From the NCBI GenBank assembly GCA_034521815.1, contig JAXHLW010000001.1:64001-128000 (forward strand): DNA of 64,000 nucleotides, given 5' to 3'. How positions within the stretch are numbered: position 1 is the stretch's first letter; every line of letters starts with the position of its first letter. The translations under genes were made by a program, and so were the position numbers. The notes under the pieces were generated by a model that had not been told where the DNA came from, made no database searches, and worked only from the letters and a program-made list of their open reading frames with translations. Shown in pieces: positions 21,242 through 31,471 of the stretch. The DNA comes from Trueperaceae bacterium. Lineage in GTDB: Bacteria > Deinococcota > Deinococci > Deinococcales > Trueperaceae.

Positions 21242-21284
21242 GCAGGCGCGCGCCCGAGGTGGGTCGGATCCCTCCTCGGTGCGC

Positions 21285-21854
21285 TCAGGACGCGCTTCGT
21301 ACGAACGCGTTAGCGTGGGTGGCGATCTCGCTCAACGCCCGACCGAACGCCTCCAGATCGTGCTCGTCGTACAGCACGAATCGGACCTCGCGCACCGACG
21401 CCAGGCGTGGCGCGAGGTCCGCGACGGTCCGGAGCGCGACGCGCGCGGCTTCGTCCAACGGGTAGCCGAACGCGCCGGTCGAAACGGCCGGCGTCGCCAC
21501 GATGCGCAGCCCTTCCGCGTCGGCGAGGCTCAGCGCCTCGCGGTACCCGTCCGCCAGCAGCCGGTCGGCCGGTTGGTCGATCCCGTACCTCGGGCCCAGC
21601 ATGTGGATCACGTACGGATTCGGCAGGTCGTGCCCGCCGGTCAGCACCGCCCGGCCCGGCTCGATGGGAGCGTAGGCGCCGGCCTCGTCGGCCAGCCCCG
21701 GCCCCGCCGCCCGGTGGATCGCGCCCGCCACGCCACCGCCGGGGAGCAGCTCCGCGTTGGCGGCGTTCACGATCGCGTCCGCATCGGGCTGACCTGCGAT
21801 GTCGCCGCGGACCAGGCGAACCGTCACGGATCCGAAGTCGTGTTCGTAGGTCAT
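21285..21854 (-). CDS. Macro-domain protein (ADP-ribose/O-acetyl-ADP-ribose hydrolase, YmdB-like)
   Basis: GDIA, AIVNAAN..L.PGGGVAGAIHRAAG, PAVSTGAFGYP; SD GGAGG. Confidence 0.92.
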   Translation of the reverse strand: MTYEHDFGSVTVRLVRGDIAGQPDADAIVNAANAELLPGGGVAGAIHRAAGPGLADEAGAYAPIEPGRAVLTGGHDLPNPYVIHMLGPRYGIDQPADRLLADGYREALSLADAEGLRIVATPAVSTGAFGYPLDEAARVALRTVADLAPRLASVREVRFVLYDEHDLEAFGRALSEIATHANAFVRSAS

Positions 21855-21976
21855 GCCTCCAGGGTGCACCTAGGGCGCGCGGGAGCATGTTCGCGCGTCG
21901 CGGCGCCGTCCCGCACGGGCCGCTTCCGGGCGTACGCTCGAACGATGATCGTCCATCTCACCTACCCAGCAGCGCC

Positions 21977-23236
21977 GTGAGCCCGCACGTGCCTGAAAGC
22001 GAGGCGGCACGGACGCGCGCCGTCAAGCGGCGGATCTGGAACCGGCCGCAGACCTTCCGTGCCAGCTGCGCGCTGGGCCTCGAGCAGCTCCTCGCCGACG
22101 AGGTCGCCGCCTTGCCCGACGTCGCCGAGATCCAGGTCGTTCCTGGCGCCGTGCGCTTCGTCGGACCGTTCGACACCGTGTACGCGGCTCTTCTACGCCT
22201 TCGCACGGCCGACACCGTGAGGGTCCTGATCGGGGACGAGGCGGCCGCGAGCTTCGCGATGGCGCGCGATCACCTGGCGCGGCTCCGCTGGTCGCTGTGG
22301 CTGCCGGCCCGCTGTCGGCTGGACGTCCGGGTGCGCTCGCGCGGCTCACGGCTGCGCGACGACGAGGGGCTGGAACGCACGCTCCGCCAAGCGGTCCGCG
22401 ATCACGGGGTGGACGACCGTGCCGGCGAGGGTGCGCCGGGCCTGCAGGTCCGGCTGGAGCTGCGCGACGACCGAGCGTTCGTGTGGCTGGACGCGGGCGG
22501 CGACCCGCTCCACCTGCGGCGCGGCGATCGTTGGTCGTCGCCCACGACGTTGCGAGAGACGACCGCGGCCGCTGTCTGCCTGGCCGGCCTGCCCCGCGAC
22601 GCCGACCTGGTGCTCGACCCGTTCTGCGGCTCCGGCACGTTGATCGAGGAGGGGGCGGCCTGGCTGGATGGGCGCTGCGTCGGCTCGGACCGCGCCTTCG
22701 CGCTCGAGGCGTCACCCGCCTGGCGACCGGCTCGCATGCGGAACGCGCGGCGCCTGTACTGCCCAGCCGAGCCTGCAGCCGAACCTGCGGCCGAATCTGC
22801 ACAGGTGGCGACCCGCTTCGTGGCGTCCGACGCCGACGAGGAGGCCGTGCGCGCTGCGCGCCACAACCTGGAGGCTGCGGGACTGGCGTCCCGCAGCGAG
22901 GTGAGGCGGACGGACGCCCGTGAGCTTTCGCTTTCCGCCCTCGCCGAGCGCCACGGTGCTCGACGACCGGTCCTGCTGTCCAACCCGCCGTACGGTCGGC
23001 GCGCCCCATCGCTGGGCGCCGACCCGGACGCCCTGCTGTCGACGGTGCTGGCGGGCGCGAGCGGGTGGTCGTTCGCGCTGCTGTACCCCGATCCCAATGT
23101 GATCGCGGCGATCGAGGGCGTCCAGGTCGACACGATGATCCCGGTTCGCATGCGGGGCCTCAAGACCGCGATCGTGGTCGGGACCGTGCTGGCGGGTGCG
23201 AGCGAGTCGTCGATGGCGGCAGGCTCGGGCGGCTAG
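21977..23236 (+). CDS. THUMP-domain RNA methyltransferase (RlmL/UPF0020-like)
   Basis: GLEQLLADEV, LRLRTADTV, LHLRRG, LRETTAAA, DPFCGSGT, NPPYG; GTG start inferred. Confidence 0.8.
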   Translation: MSPHVPESEAARTRAVKRRIWNRPQTFRASCALGLEQLLADEVAALPDVAEIQVVPGAVRFVGPFDTVYAALLRLRTADTVRVLIGDEAAASFAMARDHLARLRWSLWLPARCRLDVRVRSRGSRLRDDEGLERTLRQAVRDHGVDDRAGEGAPGLQVRLELRDDRAFVWLDAGGDPLHLRRGDRWSSPTTLRETTAAAVCLAGLPRDADLVLDPFCGSGTLIEEGAAWLDGRCVGSDRAFALEASPAWRPARMRNARRLYCPAEPAAEPAAESAQVATRFVASDADEEAVRAARHNLEAAGLASRSEVRRTDARELSLSALAERHGARRPVLLSNPPYGRRAPSLGADPDALLSTVLAGASGWSFALLYPDPNVIAAIEGVQVDTMIPVRMRGLKTAIVVGTVLAGASESSMAAGSGG

Positions 23237-23307
23237 CATCGGGTCGAACGGCCCGCTTCGGTGGCCATCACGATCGTCGGCACGATCACGTGCCTCTGGG
23301 AGGAACC

Positions 23308-23895
23308 ATGGACCCGATTCGCCGCCACGCCCTCGCTCTCGCCGCTGCGCTCCTGCTCGCTGCAGCCGGAGCGGCCCAAGCGTTCGGCTGGGAGCCGTTC
23401 GCGTTCGAGCCCCGCGACCAGGCGTACACCATCGAGGTGGTGCAAGGAAACGACGTGCCCACCTCCACGATCGAGATCGACGTCGTCGCCCAGGGTGACG
23501 GGTTCGATGTGACGACCACCATGACGACGGAGCAGACGGGCGTCGCGATCGACGAGCTCGACGGCGCCCTGTTCGGAGGGGGCAGCTTCGCGATGCTCGC
23601 GATGGGGCCGACCATGCTTTTCGGGCCGGCGGCCATGATGGTGCCCGCCCTGGTGGGGCAGGAGGACATTCGCGTCCGCGAGGAGCCGATCCGGGTCATG
23701 GGCTACGGCACGCTCCACATGGAGCGCGAGGTCGAGGTGGCCGGCCGAACCTGCGTGGTGCTGCGCTTCGAGGTGGACGAGCAGCCGGACGCGGGGTTCG
23801 AGTTCGCGGTCGCCGACGGCGTGCCGATTCCCTGCTTCAGCCGCTTCGGAAGCGGTGACGACGCCGTCGAGATCCGGCTGATCCGGATCGAGTGA
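23308..23895 (+). CDS. Secreted hypothetical protein
   Basis: Signal peptide MDPIRRHALALAAALLLAAAGAAQA, acidic beta-rich body; SD GGAGG. Confidence 0.7.
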   Translation: MDPIRRHALALAAALLLAAAGAAQAFGWEPFAFEPRDQAYTIEVVQGNDVPTSTIEIDVVAQGDGFDVTTTMTTEQTGVAIDELDGALFGGGSFAMLAMGPTMLFGPAAMMVPALVGQEDIRVREEPIRVMGYGTLHMEREVEVAGRTCVVLRFEVDEQPDAGFEFAVADGVPIPCFSRFGSGDDAVEIRLIRIE

Positions 23896-23917
23896 CGCGC
23901 AGGTCGGGCTCGCCCTG

Positions 23918-24889
23918 TCAGGTCGGTCGCTGACCTTCTGAAGGTCCCGACCGGAAAGACCCGGACCGGACGGCCTGGACGCGGGCCTTCGGCATGCGGC
24001 AGACCACCGTGTAGGCGGGATCGAAGACGTTTCCGATCTCGTACCGGACCGTCTGGCTCATCAGCAGGCCCGCGTCCGCCGCGCTCAGGTCCAGCTCCTC
24101 CATCAGCCAGCGCACCATCTCGGTCGTGGCGTGCTGGGTCGCCTGGTCCAACGGTCGGGCGTTCCCCATCGTGAACAGGTGCGTCCCGTCGTCGCCACGC
24201 GGCCAGCCGATCGGCGCGCGCCCCTTCTCGACGCGCACCGACAGCCGCACCTCGGACGAGATCTCGATTCCCGTTCCGGAGACCTCGCCGTCGCCCTGCA
24301 ATGCGTGCGCGTCGCCGACGAACAGCGAGGCTCCCGGCACGAACACGGGGAACGTCACGGTCGCTCCCGAGCCCAGTCGACGGACGTCCATGTTGCCGCC
24401 GTGCGGCCCCGAGGTCGCGGTCGAGATCGCCTCGCCCCCGGCCGGCGCCACGCCGATGCAGCCCAGCATCGGCGCGAGGTCCAGCGTCAGACCGGCCAGC
24501 GGACCCTCGTCACGGTCCAGCGTCACGGTGCCGTTCTCGAGGTCCACCCGCCACGACGCGCCGTCGTTGCGCGGGTCGTACCCCATCTCGGGCACGAACG
24601 CCGGGTCCACCACGTTGGGCGCCAGCGACGCGCGCCCGAAGCCGTGAGCGCGATCGGGTCGCACCGACTCGACCCGGACGACCAGGCGGTCGCCGGGCTG
24701 GGCTCCGCTGATCTCGAACGGCCCGGTCAGCGGATTCGGCGTCGACGCGACCTTGCGCCCCTCCGCGTCCACGCCGGCGGCGTCGACGGTGCGGGTGACG
24801 ACGGTGTCCCCGTCCTGAACGGTCAGGACCGGCGGGTGCGAGCCGAAGGTGTTGAAGAACGTGGTGGGATCGAAGCGGTGCGTCGCCAT
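23918..24889 (-). CDS. Acetamidase/formamidase family protein
   Basis: NPLTGPF.I.GAQPGD.L, PMLGCIGVAP, GGNMD, GDAHALQGDGEVSGTGIE; TACCAT 5 nt before the ATG. Confidence 0.92.
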   Translation of the reverse strand: MATHRFDPTTFFNTFGSHPPVLTVQDGDTVVTRTVDAAGVDAEGRKVASTPNPLTGPFEISGAQPGDRLVVRVESVRPDRAHGFGRASLAPNVVDPAFVPEMGYDPRNDGASWRVDLENGTVTLDRDEGPLAGLTLDLAPMLGCIGVAPAGGEAISTATSGPHGGNMDVRRLGSGATVTFPVFVPGASLFVGDAHALQGDGEVSGTGIEISSEVRLSVRVEKGRAPIGWPRGDDGTHLFTMGNARPLDQATQHATTEMVRWLMEELDLSAADAGLLMSQTVRYEIGNVFDPAYTVVCRMPKARVQAVRSGSFRSGPSEGQRPT

Positions 24890-24943
24890 GCGCGATGGTA
24901 GCGGACGCGGGTCGGCGCCGTGCGAACCGGTAGCATGCGCGTC

Positions 24944-25465
24944 ATGCACGAGCCGCTGCCCGATCCCTCGCTGGGCGCCACCCTGGCCAAGCCCGCGCGC
25001 TATCGCGAGCTCCGCCTCCGCGTCCGCGGCCTGCTCGAAAACGAGGACGATTGGCTCGCCAACCTCGCGAACGTCGCCGCGGCGATCCATGAATGGCTTC
25101 CCGACCTGAACTGGGCGGGGTTCTACCTGCTTCGCGACGGCCAGCTGGTGCTCGGACCGTTCCAGGGCCGGCCCGCCTGCGTCCGCATCGCGGTGGGCTC
25201 CGGGGTGTGCGGCACCGCCGTCGACACCGGCGAAAGCCAGGTCGTGGCCGACGTCCACGCCTTCCCGGGCCATATCGCCTGCGATCCGAGATCCCGCTCG
25301 GAGATCGTCGTGCCGGTCCGTGACGGGTCGGGGGAGATCGTCGCGGTCCTCGATCTGGACAGCGATCGCCCAGGCACGTTCGACGCCGAGGACCGCGCCG
25401 GGCTCGAGGCGCTGATCGAAGAGATGGTGCCGCGGATCGACTGGCAGCGGGCGTTGCGCAGCTGA
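24944..25465 (+). CDS. msrC: GAF-domain free methionine-R-sulfoxide reductase
   Basis: ANLAN, NWAGFY, LGPFQGRPAC, GVCG, FPGHIACD..SRSEIVVP, VLDLDS. Confidence 0.88.
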   Translation: MHEPLPDPSLGATLAKPARYRELRLRVRGLLENEDDWLANLANVAAAIHEWLPDLNWAGFYLLRDGQLVLGPFQGRPACVRIAVGSGVCGTAVDTGESQVVADVHAFPGHIACDPRSRSEIVVPVRDGSGEIVAVLDLDSDRPGTFDAEDRAGLEALIEEMVPRIDWQRALRS

Positions 25466-25490
25466 GGCGCTCCGCTCAGCAGCCTTCCGT

Positions 25491-25988
25491 CTACCAACCT
25501 TCCGTTCCGGGCCCGCCTTTGAACGGGCCCACGACCCGCGACGTGACCCACGAGCCGTAGAAGTCGCCCGGGACGGGCTGGACCGTTTCGCCATCTACGA
25601 CGATCCGGTCCATCAGCGACGGGTAGAACGCGATCCAGCCCGCGATGGCGGCGAAGCGGCCGCTAGCGGCGGGGTACCACCAGCAGGCGGCAGGGGCGCG
25701 GCGACCGCCTGCGACCACGTCGGCGTACGCCGCTGCCCCTTTGAACTCGCAGAAGGTGCGCCGCGGGATCGGCTCCAGCGCGGTCATCACGACGTCGTCC
25801 GGGGGCAGGTAGTACACCGGCGCGTGGGAGGTCTCGAGCACGCGGATCGAACGACGGCTCTCGGCGATCGTCGTTCCGCCGAACGTCACGACCACGTGCT
25901 CGTCGGACGGATCGAGGGCGGGTGGTCTGGGGTAGTCCCAGACCGACTCTTGTCCGGGACCGGGAGGCTCGGGTAGGGGCCTTCTCAT
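25491..25988 (-). CDS. DUF427 family protein
   Basis: QESVWDYPRPP, VLETSHAPVYY, TFCEFKG.A.Y, FYGSWVT, GPFKG.PGT.GW. Confidence 0.88.
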   Translation of the reverse strand: MRRPLPEPPGPGQESVWDYPRPPALDPSDEHVVVTFGGTTIAESRRSIRVLETSHAPVYYLPPDDVVMTALEPIPRRTFCEFKGAAAYADVVAGGRRAPAACWWYPAASGRFAAIAGWIAFYPSLMDRIVVDGETVQPVPGDFYGSWVTSRVVGPFKGGPGTEGW

Positions 25989-26091
25989 CGCTGACGCACC
26001 CGGGTGGCGCGAATCGGAGCGATGGCGGGTCGAGACGAGGACATGCCTCAACCTACGATGTCGAACGGTCGGGGACCTTGGCCGCCGACAC

Positions 26092-26430
26092 TCAGTGGCC
26101 CCGGAGCCCGAGCCCGATCATCGCGACCAGATGCGCGACCACGAGAGCCCCGAACGTCGCCGCCAGCCACGGACGCCCGGCCACGAGCAGGCCGACGACC
26201 CCGAGAGAGAACATGACCAGCTCCAGTCCGATGCGACCGGGATCGTCCACGCGGCGGGGCGCCTTCGGCGCGATCCAGGTGCCCCACGCCGCGGCAGCCG
26301 CAATGGGTAGGACGACGGCGGCGACGATGGGCCACGGCTGTGGCCAGCGGAGCGCGAGACCCGCCGCAGCCAGCGCGGCGAGCAGCGCGAGCTCCAACGC
26401 GAAGCGAAGCGCGAGCACGAGACCGTTCAT
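26092..26430 (-). CDS. YrdB/DUF2568-family membrane protein
   Basis: LALRFALEL, WGTWIAPKA, hydrophobic helices. Confidence 0.8.
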   Translation of the reverse strand: MNGLVLALRFALELALLAALAAAGLALRWPQPWPIVAAVVLPIAAAAAWGTWIAPKAPRRVDDPGRIGLELVMFSLGVVGLLVAGRPWLAATFGALVVAHLVAMIGLGLRGH

Positions 26431-26476
26431 GATCGGAATCGTACGCGACGGTCGGCGCCCCTGCCGCTACCGCCCC

Positions 26477-26505
26477 TTGCCGCTACGAAGGGCGCCTGCT
26501 ATCGT
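26477..26505 (+). promoter_or_regulatory. sigma70-type promoter producing a leaderless mRNA
   Basis: TTGCCG-N17-TATCGT with an extended -10 TG, 6 nt before ATG 26512. Confidence 0.65.
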
Positions 26506-26511
26506 CCGAGC

Positions 26512-27576
26512 ATGTCCGATACCGTGCGGTACCTCCACGACGGCCTGGCCCCGTCGTTCCTTCCGCCCGTCGAGGAGCGCGTCCGGCTTTGCGGCGAGGC
26601 GCTCGCAGCGCTGGTGGATCGGGCAAGTCCCGGAGGCCCGGGACGCTCCGATCTGCCCCCGAAGGTGCCTGTCGTGGTGGGTCACGGCGAGGCGTTCGCC
26701 CACGCCATGCCCGCCGCGGTCCAGATCGACGGGCGCCGGCTGGTCGGCATGAAGTGGATCAGCGGCGATCCGCACCGCCCGCCGCCCACGATCGGTGGCT
26801 TGATCGTGCTGGAGGATCCGGGCATGGGGGGCCTGCGTGGACTCGTGTCGGCTGCCGGCCTCACCGGCGCGCGCACCGCCGCGGTGAGCTTGGCCGCGCT
26901 GCGGCTGGTGCCGGCCCGAACGGAACGGACGGCCGCGGGCGAGGCCCCGCATGTGGTGTTCGTCGGCGGCGGCGTCCAGGCGTTCTCGCATCGCGAGGCG
27001 CTGGCGGCGCTTCTGCCCGCCGCCACCGTGCGGTTCGTGACCCGGCGCGACGAAGCCCAGCTGCCGCTGCACGACGGCGACGATGTGGTGCGCCCCGAGC
27101 GTCTCGCCGCGTCGCTCCCGGACGCGGACGTCGTGATCACCTCCGCGGCGTTCGGCACGGTCGGCCGCGAGCTCGGTCCCGATCGTCTGTCCCCCGGAGC
27201 GACGGTGATCGCGACCGATTACGCGACCGCCGTGACGGCCCGGACGCTGCAGGGGATCCGAGAGCAGGGGATTCGAGAGCAGGGGATCCGAGAGCAGGGC
27301 GACGCGGGACGCCTGCCGCGACTGATCGTGGACGACCGTGCCCAGTTCGACGCCACGCGCGAGGCCGGCAAGCTTCCCGGCTACGGTCCGGCCGACGCCA
27401 CGTTGGGCGAGCTGATCACGGACGCCGACGGTGTCGGACGGGCGGTACGCGAGCGGCCGGTGGGGACGACCGTGGTCGTGAACCACCTCGGCGTCGCCGT
27501 GTGCGATCTGGCGATCGGCTGGGCGGTCCTCCAAGCGGCCGAGGCGGTCGGGGCCGGAACGGAGCTCCCGCGGTGA
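26512..27576 (+). CDS. Ornithine cyclodeaminase/mu-crystallin family; probable Delta1-pyrroline-2-carboxylate reductase
   Basis: AMPA, GMKWIS, LTGARTAAVS, Rossmann motif VGGGVQA, NHLGVAVCDLA; coupled to a proline-racemase-family gene. Confidence 0.78.
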   Translation: MSDTVRYLHDGLAPSFLPPVEERVRLCGEALAALVDRASPGGPGRSDLPPKVPVVVGHGEAFAHAMPAAVQIDGRRLVGMKWISGDPHRPPPTIGGLIVLEDPGMGGLRGLVSAAGLTGARTAAVSLAALRLVPARTERTAAGEAPHVVFVGGGVQAFSHREALAALLPAATVRFVTRRDEAQLPLHDGDDVVRPERLAASLPDADVVITSAAFGTVGRELGPDRLSPGATVIATDYATAVTARTLQGIREQGIREQGIREQGDAGRLPRLIVDDRAQFDATREAGKLPGYGPADATLGELITDADGVGRAVRERPVGTTVVVNHLGVAVCDLAIGWAVLQAAEAVGAGTELPR

Positions 27577-28763
27577 CGAAAGCCCAGAGGGAAGGGGACG
27601 ACGCGCGGGGATCGGCGCTGCGGTTGGACCCGCTGTCGGTGCCGGCGTTCCGTCGAGCGCGAGCTGCGGGCGCAGACGACGGTGGGCGGCGAGGTGCGGT
27701 CGAGGTGCTGGACTACCACACGGCGGGAGAGCCGTTCCGGATCGTCACGAGCGGCCTGCCCGAGATCCAGGGCACGACCATCCTGGAGAGGCGGCGCTGG
27801 CTTCGCGAGCATGCGGACGAGCTTCGGCGCCTGCTGATGTGGGAGCCCCGTGGACACGCCGACATGTACGGCGGGGTGCTGGTGCCGCCCGACCACGACG
27901 ACGCGGTGTGCGGCGTGCTGTTCCTCCACAACGAGGGGTACTCGACGATGTGCGGGCACGGCACGATCGCACTGGCGACGGCGCTGGTCGAGACCGGTGC
28001 GGTGGCGGCGACCGGCCCCGCCACGCGGTTCGGGATCGACGCGCCCTGCGGTCTGCTCTCCGCCGAGGCGCGCGTCGATCCGGACGAGCTGCTGGCCGCC
28101 GCGTCCGAAGGGAGGACGCCACGCGTCCGCGAGGTCGCGTTCGAGAACGTGCCGTCGTTCGCCGCTGCCCTGGACGCGACGGTGACGGTGCCGGGCTACG
28201 GGGAGGTGCGTTTCGACGTCGGCTACGGCGGCGCGTTCTACGCCGTGCTGCCGGCGGAACGGATGGGGCTGACCCTGACCCGCGAACGGACGCCCGACGC
28301 GGTCGCGGCCGCGCGGGCGCTGGTGGACGCCGCCCGCGCCGCGATCCGCGACGGCGGACCGGTGGCCGAGGCGCTGGGGGTGCGTCACCCGCACGAGGAC
28401 GACCTGTCGTTCCTCTACGGGGCGATCCTGACGGGACCTGCCGAGGACCCGTCGCATCACGATCGCAACCTGTGCGTGTTCGCCGAGGGGGAGGTGGACC
28501 GGTCGCCGACCGGCTCGGGGGTCTCGGCGCGCCTCGCGATCGATCATGCCCGCGGCCGGATCGGAACGGACGAAGACGTCGCCGTCGAGTCGATCCTGGG
28601 GCGCGACTCGGTGTTCGTCGGGCGCATCGTCCGGACCGAGCGCTGGGGCGGCCTGGACGCGGTCGTGCCCGAGGTCCGAGGCGCCGCCCACGTCACCGGC
28701 CGGGCATCGTTCGTGCTGGACGAGGGCGACACCATCGGCGAAGGGTTCCTGCTTCCGCGATGA
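27573..28763 (+). CDS. Proline racemase family, Cys/Thr type (trans-3-hydroxy-L-proline dehydratase)
   Basis: DYHTAGEPFRI, EPRGHADMYG, HNEGYSTMCGH, DRSPTGSG; GTGA overlap. Confidence 0.88.
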   Translation: MTKAQREGDDARGSALRLDPLSVPAFRRARAAGADDGGRRGAVEVLDYHTAGEPFRIVTSGLPEIQGTTILERRRWLREHADELRRLLMWEPRGHADMYGGVLVPPDHDDAVCGVLFLHNEGYSTMCGHGTIALATALVETGAVAATGPATRFGIDAPCGLLSAEARVDPDELLAAASEGRTPRVREVAFENVPSFAAALDATVTVPGYGEVRFDVGYGGAFYAVLPAERMGLTLTRERTPDAVAAARALVDAARAAIRDGGPVAEALGVRHPHEDDLSFLYGAILTGPAEDPSHHDRNLCVFAEGEVDRSPTGSGVSARLAIDHARGRIGTDEDVAVESILGRDSVFVGRIVRTERWGGLDAVVPEVRGAAHVTGRASFVLDEGDTIGEGFLLPR

Positions 28764-28947
28764 GAGCGGACGGGCTGCAGGTGCGGCCCCTGCTTCCGGC
28801 GGACGCGGCGCCTTGACGGTTCACGTCGGGCATTCGACCGAGATCCGCGGGCGCGACGCTCCACACTAGGGACGGATGGCCGGTAGGCGATCCGGCCGAA
28901 CGATCGCGCCCTCAGCCGGGCGGTCGCCCCTACGAACGGAGTCCACG

Positions 28948-30471
28948 ATGAACCCAGCCTTCGACGACGAGACGAACGCGAACGTGTCCGCTCCCGCTTC
29001 GAACGGCCCTGCTTCGGGCGCCGCTTCGGACGCCCCCGCCTCGGACGCGGCGGGCCTCGCCCCGCTCGAGCCCGAGTTCGAGCGTTTCGACCACCTGCTG
29101 GTCGGAACCGGACAGGCCACCGCCACGCTCATTTCCGGTCTGCCCGACGACGAGACGATCTGCGTGATCGAAGGCGACCTCGTGGGCGGCACCTGCGTGA
29201 ACGACGGCTGCACACCGACGAAGACGCTGGTGGCGAGCGCCAAGGTGGCGCACCAGGCCCGTCGCGGCGCCGAGTACGGCGTGCGGACGGGAGAGGTCGA
29301 GATCGACTTCGCCGCCGTGATGGCGCGCATGAACGAGGTGCGGGGCGACTCGCGCGAAGGGCTCACCTCGTTCCTGGAAGGTAACGAGCGCATCACGCTG
29401 ATTCGGGGCTGGGCCGCGTTCGAGGAGGCCGGCGTGGTGCGCGTCGGCGACCGGAGGATCGAGGGCACGAACACGTACCTGAACGTCGGTGCCCGCGCCC
29501 GCGTGCTGGACGTTCCAGGCTTGGACGACGTGCCGTGGCTGGACAACACCCGCCTGCTGGAGCTCGACGAGCTCCCGGGCCACCTGATCGTGGTCGGCGG
29601 CTCGTACGTGGGTCTCGAGATGGCGCAGGTGTTCAGGCGGCTGGGCTCGAAGGTGACGGTGCTCGAGGCGGGTCCCCAGCTGATGGCCCGCGAAGACGCC
29701 GACATCGCCGACACGGCCCGGGGCATCTTCGAAGCCGAGGGCATCGAGATCGTGACCGATGCGCGCATGAGCAGCGTCGCCCGACGCGATGCAGGAAGCG
29801 GTGCGGGCGACGGCGACGGGGACGGGATCGAGGTCGTCGCCGACTTGGGTGGCACCTCGCGAACCGTCCACGGCTCGCACCTGCTGCTGGCCGTGGGGCG
29901 CGTGCCCAACAGCGACCGCCTGAACCTGGAGGCCGCCGGGATCGAGACGGACGAGCGTGGCTACATCCGCGTCGACGATCGCTGCCGGACGACGGCGGAC
30001 GGCGTCTGGGCGCTGGGCGACGTCAACGGCCAGGGCGCCTTCACGCACACCTCGGTGAACGATGCGGAGATCGTGCTGGACGATCTTCACGGCGGGTCCA
30101 GGCGCCTCAGCGAGCGCGACACGATCTACGCGATGTTCGTCGATCCGCCGCTGGGCCGCGTCGGGATGTCCGAGAAAGAAGCGAAGGAGAAGGGCCACCG
30201 GGTGCTCAAGGCGACGATGCCGATGAGCAAGGTCTCCCGGGCGAAGGAGGCCGGCGAGACGGAGGGCATGATCAAGCTGCTCGTCGACGCGGACACCGAC
30301 CGGTTCCTGGGCGTCGCGGTGCTGGGGATGCACGGCGACGAGCTGGCCAACCTGTTCGCGGCGTTCATGCGGACCGGCGCGGACTGGCACACCTTCCGGC
30401 GGACGGTGCTGGTCCACCCGACCGTCGGCGAGCTGCTGCCGTTCGTCTTGGACGGCCTGCAGCCGGCCTGA
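28948..30471 (+). CDS. Class I pyridine nucleotide-disulfide oxidoreductase (mercuric reductase/RclA-like)
   Basis: GGTCVNDGCTPTK redox disulfide, GGSYVGLE, WALGDVNG..AFTH, HPT; no C-terminal Cys-Cys. Confidence 0.88.
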   Translation: MNPAFDDETNANVSAPASNGPASGAASDAPASDAAGLAPLEPEFERFDHLLVGTGQATATLISGLPDDETICVIEGDLVGGTCVNDGCTPTKTLVASAKVAHQARRGAEYGVRTGEVEIDFAAVMARMNEVRGDSREGLTSFLEGNERITLIRGWAAFEEAGVVRVGDRRIEGTNTYLNVGARARVLDVPGLDDVPWLDNTRLLELDELPGHLIVVGGSYVGLEMAQVFRRLGSKVTVLEAGPQLMAREDADIADTARGIFEAEGIEIVTDARMSSVARRDAGSGAGDGDGDGIEVVADLGGTSRTVHGSHLLLAVGRVPNSDRLNLEAAGIETDERGYIRVDDRCRTTADGVWALGDVNGQGAFTHTSVNDAEIVLDDLHGGSRRLSERDTIYAMFVDPPLGRVGMSEKEAKEKGHRVLKATMPMSKVSRAKEAGETEGMIKLLVDADTDRFLGVAVLGMHGDELANLFAAFMRTGADWHTFRRTVLVHPTVGELLPFVLDGLQPA

Positions 30472-30497
30472 AGCCGGCCGGAAGCCCGGTGTGGATC

Positions 30498-31418
30498 TCA
30501 GCCGGCGGGCGCGGCCGCGAGCAGGCCCGCCAGGAGGAGGGCCAGCCCCACCGAGGCGCTCGCGGAGATCCGCATCGCGGTGCGGTAGTTCCGTTCGGTC
30601 GCCTCCGGGTCGAAGGCGCCGGCCCAGCGAAGCAGCCACGTCGCCAGGACGGCGAATGCGAGCGTGACGACGGTCGCCGTCCAGGCGCCGGCCAGCCGTG
30701 CGACGTCGGCGACGAGCACCAGACCCCCGGGCGTCAGCACGGCCACGGCGAGCCGTAGCGCCCGGGTCGGGCCCAGCAGCACCGGCAACGTCCGGTCCCC
30801 ACGCGCGCCGTCCTCGCGGACCTGGTAGCTCTGCGTCACGATGTACAGGCCGGTCACGATCGCGGCCGTCGCCGCCATGCGCAGGAGGACCGGTGGCGAG
30901 AGCAGCCCGCTCGGCGGCGCGACCACCGTCCAGCCGAGGACGAACCCGACGGCCCCCTGGCCCAGCGCGATCGCCGTCAACGCGGCGGCAGGGTGGGCCT
31001 TCAGTCGGACGGCCGGGTGGGAGTAGGCGGCGAACACCAGGAACAGCCCGGTCCACGCCGCGGTGAACGCGACCCCTACGAACGCGGCGAGCACCAGGCC
31101 GACGGCCTGCACGATCAGCGAGAACGGCAGCAGGCCGGCGTCCACCGCGGGCGGATGCAGCATCCCGCCGACCGGCCCCTCGTCACGGTCGTAGTACGAG
31201 TTGAAGGCCGTGGTGCCTCCATAGAGGAACAGGTGGAGCGACAGCCATCCCAGCCACACGGCCGGATCGGACAGCGGCTCCGACACGCCGGTCGCGCCCG
31301 AGGCGATCAGGATGCCGTACAGGTAGATCGGCGTGAGCAGGACGTTGAACGGCAGCCGAAGATGGCGGATCCAGGGGTGCGTCCACGGGGGTCGGGGCGG
31401 TGTGGATCGATCGCGCAT
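30498..31418 (-). CDS. UbiA-family prenyltransferase
   Basis: Multi-TM protein; motif I FNSYYDRDEG and motif II TQSYQVREDGARGDRTL. Confidence 0.85.
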   Translation of the reverse strand: MRDRSTPPRPPWTHPWIRHLRLPFNVLLTPIYLYGILIASGATGVSEPLSDPAVWLGWLSLHLFLYGGTTAFNSYYDRDEGPVGGMLHPPAVDAGLLPFSLIVQAVGLVLAAFVGVAFTAAWTGLFLVFAAYSHPAVRLKAHPAAALTAIALGQGAVGFVLGWTVVAPPSGLLSPPVLLRMAATAAIVTGLYIVTQSYQVREDGARGDRTLPVLLGPTRALRLAVAVLTPGGLVLVADVARLAGAWTATVVTLAFAVLATWLLRWAGAFDPEATERNYRTAMRISASASVGLALLLAGLLAAAPAG

Positions 31419-31471
31419 GGTGGCTCCGGGTCGACGGGGCGTGGGGTCGACGGGGCGTGGAGGCCGTGACG

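Noticed and set aside
28948..30471. Mercuric reductase MerA / mercury resistance
   Set aside because: No N-terminal metal-binding domain, no C-terminal Cys-Cys pair, and no merR/T/P neighbours.
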